Source: Verrucomicrobiota bacterium (GTDB lineage: Bacteria; Verrucomicrobiota; Verrucomicrobiia; Chthoniobacterales; UBA10450). Taken from it: a stretch of DNA of 45,960 nucleotides. Shown in pieces: positions 8,361 through 16,521 of the stretch; positions within the stretch are counted from its first letter, which is position 1, and every line of letters begins with the position of its first letter. The stretch covers positions 1-45,960 of the forward strand of contig JBDTXE010000001.1 of NCBI GenBank assembly GCA_040006335.1, read 5' to 3'. Under the pieces are notes generated by a model. It saw nothing but the letters and a program-made list of their open reading frames with translations, was not told the origin of the DNA and searched no databases. The translations under genes were made by a program, and so were the position numbers.

Positions 8361-9134
8361 CTATCCGCCTTGGCCAGCTTTCACATTTCCTGCTCCAGCC
8401 CGATCGGATAGCTCGTAGGAGAGGACGCTTAGGCAATAAATGGACGCGGTTTCCACTCGTAAAACAATCGGACCAAAACTGACGGGGATACAGGCATGAT
8501 CCTGGGCAAGCTGAAGCTCCTCAGGCGTAAAATCACCCTCCGGCCCGATGCAGATTAAGACGTTGCCTGGCCGTTTCCTTCCGGCTCGGAGCTGTGCGGT
8601 GAGCACGTTTTTGAGAGAGATCGCGTCGGTTCCGAGAGAGCCGACCAACCGGAGATCGTGCGCAGGATTAGTGCGGAAATATTCAGCCACGCTTTGCGGC
8701 GCTTGAATACGAGGCAGCCATTTTTGGCCGCATTGCTTGGCGGCTTCAATTGCCAACTGCCGCCATTTCTCGCTCTTGCGCTCGTCCGCCTGCACGATGG
8801 TGCGCGCGGTGATTAACGGCACCATTACGCTCACCCCGAGCTCGACCCCTTTCTGGATAATCAAATCCATCTGACGCCCCTTGGGCACCGCCTGCGCGAG
8901 AGTGATATGGCAGGAAGAAGGTGGTGTTAACGACTCCTGAACGGGCCGAATGCGCGTTTTTTCTCGTTCAAGGCTGACAACCTCGCCCGTTACTTCCCGG
9001 CCTTCACCATCGAAAACGAGAACGGAAGCGCCCGGTTGCAGGCGGAGGACAGTGCGGGCGTGGTGGGTTTCCGCCCGGCCAAGAATGAGGAGGTCCGAAT
9101 TCCAGCCTTCCGGCGCCAGATAGAAACGGTGCAC
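8361..9134 (-). CDS. rsmE: 16S rRNA (uracil1498-N3)-methyltransferase RsmE
   Basis: The N-terminus is MHRFYL...HHARTVLRLQPG (PUA-like). The C-terminal SPOUT block is ICIGPEGDFTPEELQLA...GPIVLRVETA. Confidence 0.85.
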   Translation of the reverse strand: MHRFYLAPEGWNSDLLILGRAETHHARTVLRLQPGASVLVFDGEGREVTGEVVSLEREKTRIRPVQESLTPPSSCHITLAQAVPKGRQMDLIIQKGVELGVSVMVPLITARTIVQADERKSEKWRQLAIEAAKQCGQKWLPRIQAPQSVAEYFRTNPAHDLRLVGSLGTDAISLKNVLTAQLRAGRKRPGNVLICIGPEGDFTPEELQLAQDHACIPVSFGPIVLRVETASIYCLSVLSYELSDRAGAGNVKAGQGG

Positions 9135-9165
9135 GAAGAGAGACTACCCCGCTCGCTGCGTTCCG

Positions 9166-10305
9166 TTAGTGAAAGAATTTCCTCGCCCGATCAAAGAATG
9201 TTTTGTGCATGGGCGAATTCTCCTCCCGGTAAAGAGAAGCGAACTCCTCCAGCTTCCGGCGCTGCTCGGCATTGAGTCGAGTCGGGACTTCCACCAGCAC
9301 GCGGGCGAGGAGATCACCGCGGCCGTGACCGTCGAGATTCACAATCCCTTTCCCGCGCAGTTTGAAGATCTGGCCGCTCTGCGTTCCCCCAGGGATTTTA
9401 ACGTTCGCCTTGCCTTCCAAAGTCGGCACCGCGACATCACCGCCCAGGGCGGCCAGGGTGAAGGGAATGGGAACTTCACAATACAGATTATCGTCTTCGC
9501 GCTGAAAGACGGAGTGCTCCTTGATGTGGACCACGACGTAAAGATCTCCCGGCGAACCGCCGCGGATGCCAGCCTCGCCGTTGTTGGAAGAACGCAACCG
9601 CGAACCATTGGCGATACCCGCCGGAATTTTCAGCTTGATCCGGCTGCTGCCCTCGACGCGACCTTCTCCTTCACAAGTGCGGCAAGGTTTATCGATGATC
9701 TGGCCGACGCCATGACAGCGCGGGCAGGTCTGCGAGACCTGAAAAAAGCCGCGGGCGCTGATGACCTGCCCGCGACCGTTGCAGGTGGGGCAATTGATGG
9801 CGCGGGAACCAGCTTCGGCGCCACTGCCGCTGCAGCGGTCGCAGACGTCGAGCTTGCGGACTTCGATTTCCTTGTCGACGCCGGTGGCTGCTTCCTCGAG
9901 CGAAATTTGCATGTCATAGCGCAAATCCGATCCTCGCTGTCGATCCTCGGCGCGGCCGCTGCCACCGCCGAAGAAAGTCTCGAAGATACCGCTGGCGCCC
10001 CCCGCAGCGCCGGCACCGAAAACTTCGCGAAAAATGTCGAAGGGATCGTGAAAACCACCGCCGCCACCGCCCTGCGCGAAGGCAGCGTGCCCAAAGCGGT
10101 CGTAGGCCGCGCGTTTGTTTGCGTCGAAGAGGACATCGTAGGCCTCTCCCAATTCTTTGAATTTCTCTTCGGCCTCGGAATCGTCCGGATTTTTGTCGGG
10201 GTGAAAGCGGACGGCCAGTTTGCGATAAGATCGCTTGATCTCATCACCGCTGGCATCGCGTTCCACCTCCAGCACCTCGTAGTAATCCCTCTTCGTAACA
10301 GGCAT
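9166..10305 (-). CDS. dnaJ: Molecular chaperone DnaJ
   Basis: The J-domain is [34 protein letters not shown], followed by a G/F-rich linker. Four CxxCxGxG zinc-finger repeats are present ([32 protein letters not shown]). Confidence 0.95.
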   Translation of the reverse strand: MPVTKRDYYEVLEVERDASGDEIKRSYRKLAVRFHPDKNPDDSEAEEKFKELGEAYDVLFDANKRAAYDRFGHAAFAQGGGGGGFHDPFDIFREVFGAGAAGGASGIFETFFGGGSGRAEDRQRGSDLRYDMQISLEEAATGVDKEIEVRKLDVCDRCSGSGAEAGSRAINCPTCNGRGQVISARGFFQVSQTCPRCHGVGQIIDKPCRTCEGEGRVEGSSRIKLKIPAGIANGSRLRSSNNGEAGIRGGSPGDLYVVVHIKEHSVFQREDDNLYCEVPIPFTLAALGGDVAVPTLEGKANVKIPGGTQSGQIFKLRGKGIVNLDGHGRGDLLARVLVEVPTRLNAEQRRKLEEFASLYREENSPMHKTFFDRARKFFH

Positions 10306-10375
10306 GAATTAACTCGGGTCAGGCCCGCGATTAGAGGAGGACGGAATCATCGCCGCGGTAACAACACGAGCGGAA

Positions 10376-10936
10376 TCACGAACCGCTGGAGACCACCACG
10401 CCCGCCGGTCTGAGCAGGCGATCTTTCAGTCGATACCCGCGGCGCGTCTGCCGGATGACGTGTCCCTCCCGCACTCCTTTGCTCTTCTCGTGAGCAATCG
10501 CTTCGTGCAGATTCGGATCAAATTTTTGCCCGGCAGCGTCAATCGCTTGCAGTCCGTTATCGGCCAGGAAATCGGTGAGTTGCTTGAGCACCATGCTCAT
10601 CCCGGAATAGATCGGACCGCCTTCCTCCCGCGCCGCGGAGAGTCCCAGCTCAAAGTTGTCCACGATCGCAATCAAACGCTCGAGGAGTGAACTATTGGCG
10701 TATTTGACGGCATCTTCGCGCTCCCGCGCGGTGCGCTTTTTGTAATTCTCGAAATCAGCCTGGGAACGGAGGGCGAGATCGCGAAACCGGTCGAGGTCCG
10801 CCTGCAGGGTATTAACGGCTTCTTCACCCGGATCACCCGACGGTTCGGCAGGCGGGGCTTTAGGCATATCACTTGCGGGACTGGCGGGCGGAGGAATTTG
10901 GTCTTCCTCGCGCATCTCTGGAATGGTTCTTTTCAT
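10376..10936 (-). CDS. grpE: Nucleotide exchange factor GrpE
   Basis: RSQADFENYKKRTAREREDAVKYANSSLLERLIAIVDNFELGL and a C-terminal beta-domain (EGHVIRQTRRGYRLKDRLLRPAGVVVS). The start ATG overlaps the upstream stop (ATGA at 10936-10933). Confidence 0.9.
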   Translation of the reverse strand: MKRTIPEMREEDQIPPPASPASDMPKAPPAEPSGDPGEEAVNTLQADLDRFRDLALRSQADFENYKKRTAREREDAVKYANSSLLERLIAIVDNFELGLSAAREEGGPIYSGMSMVLKQLTDFLADNGLQAIDAAGQKFDPNLHEAIAHEKSKGVREGHVIRQTRRGYRLKDRLLRPAGVVVSSGS

Positions 10937-12360
10937 GTCTTGCGAATCGCTATCAGGGTAATGTCGTCGTTTTGAGCCTGCGCCCCAATGAAGATTCGTA
11001 CGTCGCTAATTAACCCGTTAACGATTGCGGGAGCGCCATTGGTCGCATTCGCGCGCACGGATTGCGTCATACGCTCGAAGCCAAATTCATCGCCATTCCC
11101 ATCGAGCGCTTCGGTCACTCCATCAGTGTAGAGGATCAGGCAATCATCGCGCTCCAGCGGGATGGCGAAATCGTGCGTGATCCTATCGAACACGCTTCCG
11201 CTGTCAATTCCGACCGCCATGCCAGGAGGCTTCACCGTTTCGACCGCTTCCGTGGCATGCCGATAGTGCAAAGGCGCGTCATGCCCGGCCCGCGCCAGGG
11301 TCACCCCCCCACTTTGCTGATCGAGGACGAGATAGGCCATGCTGATGAACATGTCCTCCTTGATGTCCGGGTAAAGTTGCCGGTTGACCGCCCGCAACAC
11401 TTCCGCGGGCGAGGAACTTTGCGGTGCCTGACTGCGCAAGACGCTGCGGCAAATCGCCATGATGAGAGACGCGGGCACGCCTTTGCCCGAGACATCCGCG
11501 ATGGCGACGCCGAGCCGCTGCGCATCGATTTGGATGTAATCGAAATAATCACCGCTGACCTGACGGGCAGGGAGATTGATCCCGGAAATCTCGAATCCGG
11601 CGATGGCGGGCGCCTTCGCTGGCAGAAGAATACGCTGGATATCGCGTGCGATCTCGAGGTCGTGGTCGAGCCGCTTCTTCTCGTTCGCTTCGGAGTAAAC
11701 GATCGCATTGTAGAGCGCGAAAGCGGATTGTTCGGCGATCGATTTGAAAACCACGAAATCGCTCTGCGAAAATGCTTCTCCCTTGAGCCCATTACCAAGA
11801 GCGAGCACGCCCATGTTTTGCCGTCCGTAAAGCAGCGGTGTCGCCATCACCGAAGCCGTGCCCAGTGCGGTCTCGCGCAAGCGCGCCAACTCGGGCACCT
11901 CGCTCACATCGGTCAGACAGACCGGCTGCTGAGTCTGCCAGACACCGCCCAGAAATCCATCGCCCGCTTGAATGGGATGCACCCGCAAAAAGGCTTCCAG
12001 GGCGGATGGCGAGGTCGCGATTTGCGAAATCACGTTCGACGGCAGAGAGACGAGCGGCGGACACCCTTTAGAGAGGAAAGCGGGGATAAGTTTATTCCCG
12101 GCCCGATCCGTCAGATAAAGCGCGCCGCCGTGCGCATCGAGAATACGAGTCGCGCCTTCTACGATCAGTCGATGCAGATCGAGCGGACGAATGGTTTCGC
12201 GGAAGGCCTCACCGAGTCCGTGGAGAAAATCAAAGACGAGCGTCTCTTCGACCTGAATCTCTTCCTTGGAGCGTTCGAGAGCGCGCACTCTGCGCGCCTG
12301 CCAGAGCGCCGTCGCCCCCCAACCGCATAAAGTCAGCGCGAGAAGAAGAGTCGGCCACAT
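10933..12360 (-). CDS. Membrane-anchored GAF-domain SpoIIE/PP2C-family serine phosphatase (RsbU/RsbP-like)
   Basis: There is an N-terminal TM (WPTLLLALTLCGWGATALW) and a GAF-like middle (GGALYLTDRAGNKLIPAF...ATPLLYGRQNMGVLALGN). PP2C blocks are ARDIQRILLP, QVSGDYFDY, GVAIADVSGKGVPASL, LILYTDGVTEA and DDITLIAIR. Confidence 0.85.
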   Translation of the reverse strand: MWPTLLLALTLCGWGATALWQARRVRALERSKEEIQVEETLVFDFLHGLGEAFRETIRPLDLHRLIVEGATRILDAHGGALYLTDRAGNKLIPAFLSKGCPPLVSLPSNVISQIATSPSALEAFLRVHPIQAGDGFLGGVWQTQQPVCLTDVSEVPELARLRETALGTASVMATPLLYGRQNMGVLALGNGLKGEAFSQSDFVVFKSIAEQSAFALYNAIVYSEANEKKRLDHDLEIARDIQRILLPAKAPAIAGFEISGINLPARQVSGDYFDYIQIDAQRLGVAIADVSGKGVPASLIMAICRSVLRSQAPQSSSPAEVLRAVNRQLYPDIKEDMFISMAYLVLDQQSGGVTLARAGHDAPLHYRHATEAVETVKPPGMAVGIDSGSVFDRITHDFAIPLERDDCLILYTDGVTEALDGNGDEFGFERMTQSVRANATNGAPAIVNGLISDVRIFIGAQAQNDDITLIAIRKT

Positions 12361-12375
12361 GCTTCGGCAGCCAAC

Positions 12376-12885
12376 TTACTTGGACGTGGCGGTAGAGTTA
12401 AGGTCTTGCTTGAGATATTCCAGGACGTCCTTAAAACGCGGGACGTTCTCCGGAGCCACCTCACATAATGCCTGATGGGCGTCCAACATGTCCTTGGTTT
12501 GTTCCTGGCGCTCAGGAGGAGAGGCGCCTGGCTCTCTGACTAGGACATCACAACGCGGCGCCGTGGCGCCCTTGCTTGTGATCTGAAAAAGCTGGTCGAG
12601 GCCGAGACCGAACAGCAGGTCGCGGCTGCGTTCGCCGCAATGCACCACGCGCAGACGTCCTTCCCCCAGTTCCCGCAGGCGCAGAGCCACTCCCGCCATC
12701 GTGCCCATGAAAGTGGAATCCATCATCGCGCAACGCTCGAGGTCGATGGTGAAATCCCGATAACCTCGATCCACCATTTCACGGGAGAATTGCTTAAAAT
12801 TGCCGCTGTTCAAAAAGCTCCCGCGGCCCTCCACCCGTACCCACACGGCTGGACCACTCACCCCCACCTGAATCGAAGAATCCAC
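12376..12885 (-). CDS. STAS-domain protein (anti-sigma-factor-antagonist-like) with a C-terminal extension of about 55 aa
   Basis: VWVRVEGRGSFLNSGNFKQFSREM...FTIDLERCAMMDSTFMGTMAGVALRL...RLRVVHCGERSRDLLFGLGLDQLF has SpoIIAA/RsbV-type topology. A DST lies at the usual phospho-Ser/Thr position. The gene ends 15 nt upstream of the PP2C gene. Confidence 0.75.
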   Translation of the reverse strand: MDSSIQVGVSGPAVWVRVEGRGSFLNSGNFKQFSREMVDRGYRDFTIDLERCAMMDSTFMGTMAGVALRLRELGEGRLRVVHCGERSRDLLFGLGLDQLFQITSKGATAPRCDVLVREPGASPPERQEQTKDMLDAHQALCEVAPENVPRFKDVLEYLKQDLNSTATSK

Positions 12886-12943
12886 TACAGCGTAATTGTA
12901 AAATTTTTGAGCGGCAGGTCAACCGAACCGGCAAAGGGCAGGC

Positions 12944-13546
12944 CTAGGATCGCTCCCAGAGAAAAGAGCGCTTCTCTGCCACGATCCGACCGTTCTCCAC
13001 CAGCAGACAACGCCATGCCAGAACCTTGCCATCATCATGGTATTCGTCTCCCGTCACCCGGAAGGCGCTATGCAAAGTTCCGCGAACGTCGCGATAAGCG
13101 AGTTCCTGGGCCTGGGTGAACGCGCGCAGATTCTCCTGCTTGTACTCGAACCGCACGGTGATGTCCGACCTGCGTTTTGCCCGCCAGTAAAAATCGAAAT
13201 ACTCGCCCTGACGCTGGCGCTGATCATAGGCTGTGACCGCGCCGAAGAGGCGATAAGATCGTTCAAAGTTGATTGAAGCCTCCTGGGTGACGGCCTTTGA
13301 TTTGATTTTGCGCCGACCAGTAGGATCGGCCTGATCGTCTTCGCCGCCCTTGAATGAACTTCTTCTCGGGGCCTGCGCTGTCAGATCGAAGATCTTAAAC
13401 TTTCGAAATTCGAACGCCGGATCCAGCGCCCGCGGCAGCGGACGAACTTCCGTTAAGTGGCGCGGCTCGACCGTCGCCGCGGAAATTGGCCGCCAAGCAC
13501 AGAAGAAAAGGAGGACGAGAGCCGCTATCTGGCGCCAGGCGCCCAT
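12944..13546 (-). CDS. Hypothetical secreted protein
   Basis: I prefer the internal ATG at 13546. It gives a signal-peptide-like N-terminus (MGAWRQIAALVLLFFCAWRPISAA) and removes the overlap with the divergent ligase gene. I recognise no family. Confidence 0.5.
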   Translation of the reverse strand: MGAWRQIAALVLLFFCAWRPISAATVEPRHLTEVRPLPRALDPAFEFRKFKIFDLTAQAPRRSSFKGGEDDQADPTGRRKIKSKAVTQEASINFERSYRLFGAVTAYDQRQRQGEYFDFYWRAKRRSDITVRFEYKQENLRAFTQAQELAYRDVRGTLHSAFRVTGDEYHDDGKVLAWRCLLVENGRIVAEKRSFLWERS

Positions 13547-13764
13547 AGCCGGGAAGCGCGAGCGTCCGCGGGGACGACCGCCAACGCGAGACAAACGCCC
13601 TAAAGACGAGCGAGACGAAGAGAGGCATGCCGGGGGCACGCCTTCATCAAACGGAGTGCGCCAACCCATGTCAATGCGCGGTATTTCTCTCCTTTTCAAG
13701 AAACTCGCCCGCCGGGCGGCCCCCGTCGGTTTCCTCGCGCTTCCTTCGCGCGTAGCATCGCTCG

Positions 13765-16482
13765 GTGATCGAGGTGCGTTATGAGCGGGGAATTTTTCTG
13801 CCGGGACAGAATATCTGGCTCGACCCGTGGGAGGCACAGGCCTTCGCCTTCATCTCACACGCGCACAGCGATCATATCGCCCCGCACCGCGAGATCGTTC
13901 TCTCGGAGCGGACCGCGCGGCTGCTGCAAGCGCGCATGCCGGGGAAACGCGACGAAATCATCCTGCCCTTCGGGCGCGAGCAGGAGGTGCGGGGGTGGCA
14001 GGTCACGCTTTATCCCGCCGGTCATATCTTTGGCTCCGCCCAATTTTTTCTGCGGACGGAGAGCGACTCGCTGCTCTACACCGGTGACTTCAAACTTCGC
14101 CCGGGCAAATCAGCCGAGCCCGCGGAGTGGACCCAGGCCGACACGCTCATCATGGAGACCACCTACGGGCTGCCCCGCTACCGCCTGCCGCCGAGCGAAA
14201 AGGTTATTTCACAAATCGTTAGTTTTTGCCGGGATTCGATCGCGAGTGGCGAAGTGCCGGTCCTGCTCGGTTACTCCCTCGGGAAAGCGCAGGAAATCCT
14301 TTGTTCACTTTCCGGCGCCGGGCTGACGCCGATGTTGCACGGGGCCGTTTTTCGCATGACGCAAATCTACGAGCAATTCGGGCAGGAGTTTTGCGAATAC
14401 CTGCGCTACGACGCGGCGGCGGTGGAGGGCAAGGTGCTGATTTGCCCGCCGAGCGCGAACCGTTCGCGCATGCTCGAGAAAATTCCGCGCAAACGCGTGG
14501 CCATGATCAGTGGATGGGCGATCGATCCCAACGCTCTCTATCGTTATCAGGTGGATGCAGCGTTCCCGCTCTCCGATCACGCCGACTACGATGATCTCAT
14601 CCGCTACGTCGAACTGGTGCAACCGCGGCGCGTTCTAACGCTGCACGGATTTGCCGCCCAGTTCGCGCGCGATTTGCGTGAGCGCGGCATGGAAGCGTGG
14701 GCCTTGACGCAGGAAAACCAACTCGAGCTTACCCTGGGGACATTCCGCGAGCCCGCGCGCAGCATTCCCCGCCACGTGACGGAAACTAGCGCGGTCACGG
14801 CGCTACTCCCCTCCGAGTTCGCGGAATTTGCAGAGGTAGGCGAAGCCATGGCCGCAACGCCGGCAAAGCTGGAGAAGATAAGGCTTCTCGGTGAATATTT
14901 CGGTCCGCTCGAAGATGAGCGCCTGGCGCTCGCCGCAGTCTACTTCACCGGCCACGCTTTTCCGCAAACCGATCTGCGCACGCTCCAGGTGGGCGGCTCC
15001 GTTATTTATCGTTCTCTCGCGGCCGCGGCTAAACTGGGCGACGCAGAGTTCCGGCGGATTGCGCACAGTCATGGCGATGCGGGGAAGACGGCGCGGGAAG
15101 CGTTAGACGGCCGAACTTCGCCCGAACCATTCACCCTGGCGGCGTCCTACGCTTTTTTCGAGCAACTGCAGCGTGCGCGCGGTCCCCTGCGCAAGACCGA
15201 ATTGCTGACGGATCGGCTGGCACGCCTCTCCGCCCCGGAAGGGCAATACATCGTCAAAATACTTTCGGGCGATCTGCGCATCGGCTTGCGCGAGGGGCTG
15301 GTGGAAGAGGCGATCGCACGCGCCTTCGGCGCCTCGGCGGACGAAGTGAAGGAAGCGAACATGCTTCTGGGCGACATCGGCCGCACGGCTGTCCTAACGA
15401 AAAATGGCGAACTGGCGCAGGCCGAGCTCTCCCTCTTCCGCCCGATTAAATGCATGCTCGCCAGTCCGGAACCGACGGCGGAAGCAATCTGGTCTCGTTT
15501 CCACGAGGCAAGCAGCGGCGGCACGGTCTACCTGGAGGACAAATTTGATGGAATTCGGGCCCAGATTCATGCCGGAATGGACCGGGCCGAGATCTTCTCG
15601 CGGGACCTCAAACGCATTACCGACCAATTCCCCGAAATCGCCGAGCGCGCCCGGAACTTTGGGCAGAAGGTCATTCTCGACGGCGAGATCATCGCCTTCG
15701 CCGAGGGCAGAAAGCTAACTTTTTTCGACCTGCAAAAGCGACTCGGGCGAAAAAACGAAGGGGCTGACTTATTTGCCGCCGCCTCGGCGAACGTCCCTGT
15801 CATCTTTGTTGCCTTCGATCTCCTGCTTCATGGTGAACGCTCGCTCTTGAAGACATCGCTCCGGGAAAGACGCGATTTGCTGCGCGCGCTCACTCTGCCG
15901 CCACAGTTTCAGCTTTCCGGGGTCCTGGCGGCGGAATCGGCCGAGGCGATCGAGCGCGAGTTCAAAAACGCGCGCCTGCGCTCGAATGAAGGTCTCATGA
16001 TCAAAGATCCCGGGAGTTTTTACTCACCCGGCCGCCGCGGCATGTACTGGTTCAAGTTAAAAAAGGAACTCGCCACTCTCGATGTCGTGGTCGTGGCGGT
16101 GGAACTCGGGCACGGCAAACGCAATCATGTGTTGAGCGATTACACTTTCGCGGTGCGCGATGAAGAGGGCGGCGAGCTTTTGCCCATCGGGAAGGCCTAC
16201 AGCGGATTAACCGACGTCGAGATTGCGGAACTGACGGAGCACTTCAAACGCACCACCGTGTTGGACCGGGGCCGCTATCGAGAAGTGAGCCCGGAGATTG
16301 TGATCGAAGTTGCTTTCGATTCCATTCAACCGAGCAATCGGCACGCGAGCGGGCTGGCCCTGCGCTTTCCGCGCATCAAAGCGATTCGGCGCGATAAGAC
16401 GTTGGCGAACATAGATACGCTGGCCTATGCCCGCCGCCTCGCTGCCGAAAGCGATGCACCAGTTCCCAAGCTGGCATCCTGA
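13765..16482 (+). CDS. Fusion protein: MBL/beta-CASP 'ligase-associated DNA damage response exonuclease'-like domain plus ATP-dependent DNA ligase
   Basis: The N-terminal ~335 aa contain the MBL motif ISHAHSDHIAP, plus ETTYG and LSDHADYDDL (beta-CASP-like). The remainder has a ligase DNA-binding domain, the adenylation motif I EDKFDGIRAQIH (Lys codon 15541-15543), motifs LDGEIIAF, EGLMIKD and WFKLKK, and an OB domain ending LRFPRIKAIRRDK. The reading frame is continuous over 905 aa. Confidence 0.85.
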   Translation: MIEVRYERGIFLPGQNIWLDPWEAQAFAFISHAHSDHIAPHREIVLSERTARLLQARMPGKRDEIILPFGREQEVRGWQVTLYPAGHIFGSAQFFLRTESDSLLYTGDFKLRPGKSAEPAEWTQADTLIMETTYGLPRYRLPPSEKVISQIVSFCRDSIASGEVPVLLGYSLGKAQEILCSLSGAGLTPMLHGAVFRMTQIYEQFGQEFCEYLRYDAAAVEGKVLICPPSANRSRMLEKIPRKRVAMISGWAIDPNALYRYQVDAAFPLSDHADYDDLIRYVELVQPRRVLTLHGFAAQFARDLRERGMEAWALTQENQLELTLGTFREPARSIPRHVTETSAVTALLPSEFAEFAEVGEAMAATPAKLEKIRLLGEYFGPLEDERLALAAVYFTGHAFPQTDLRTLQVGGSVIYRSLAAAAKLGDAEFRRIAHSHGDAGKTAREALDGRTSPEPFTLAASYAFFEQLQRARGPLRKTELLTDRLARLSAPEGQYIVKILSGDLRIGLREGLVEEAIARAFGASADEVKEANMLLGDIGRTAVLTKNGELAQAELSLFRPIKCMLASPEPTAEAIWSRFHEASSGGTVYLEDKFDGIRAQIHAGMDRAEIFSRDLKRITDQFPEIAERARNFGQKVILDGEIIAFAEGRKLTFFDLQKRLGRKNEGADLFAAASANVPVIFVAFDLLLHGERSLLKTSLRERRDLLRALTLPPQFQLSGVLAAESAEAIEREFKNARLRSNEGLMIKDPGSFYSPGRRGMYWFKLKKELATLDVVVVAVELGHGKRNHVLSDYTFAVRDEEGGELLPIGKAYSGLTDVEIAELTEHFKRTTVLDRGRYREVSPEIVIEVAFDSIQPSNRHASGLALRFPRIKAIRRDKTLANIDTLAYARRLAAESDAPVPKLAS

Positions 16483-16521
16483 CCTTCCCGCCAAGCACTG
16501 TTCGATTCGCGAAAAATTCGA

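Noticed and set aside
9169-10413. A 414-aa ORF on the + strand, antisense to dnaJ. Similar long antisense ORFs occur at 11062-12330, 26887-27855, 28096-28971, 17626-18492, 33220-34065, 31885-32631, 4326-5075 and 39339-40163.
   Set aside because: Each lies opposite a gene with unmistakable family motifs (DnaJ, PP2C, dynamin, NodB and others). Their translations are Arg/Gly/Ala/Pro-rich with no recognisable domains. Long stop-free antisense frames are expected in high-GC DNA.
12886-12943. Looked for a CIRCE (TTAGCACTC-N9-GAGTGCTAA) or other heat-shock operator upstream of the STAS-PP2C-grpE-dnaJ string and in the grpE-dnaJ spacer (10306-10375).
   Set aside because: I found no match or near-match by eye in either region. 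Only a short direct repeat (GATTCCG, two copies on the coding strand of the 10306-10375 spacer) is present, which is too short to interpret.
13706-13718. A 6+1+6 inverted repeat, CGCCCG-C-CGGGCG, in the divergent promoter region upstream of the exonuclease-ligase gene. I considered it as a possible repressor (LexA-like) site.
   Set aside because: It is a pure G/C palindrome of a length easily produced by chance in this composition. It does not resemble known LexA boxes, and the 1-nt spacer precludes a hairpin.
12944-13837. N-terminally extended versions of several ORF-track entries: 12944-13837, 31609-32598, 22036-23310, 26368-27264, 38025-39962, 37483-38169, 35616-37706 and 16522-18507.
   Set aside because: The extensions are Arg-rich, overlap neighbouring genes and precede internal ATGs. 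Those ATGs give canonical N-termini (signal peptides or family-typical starts), so I used the shorter coordinates.
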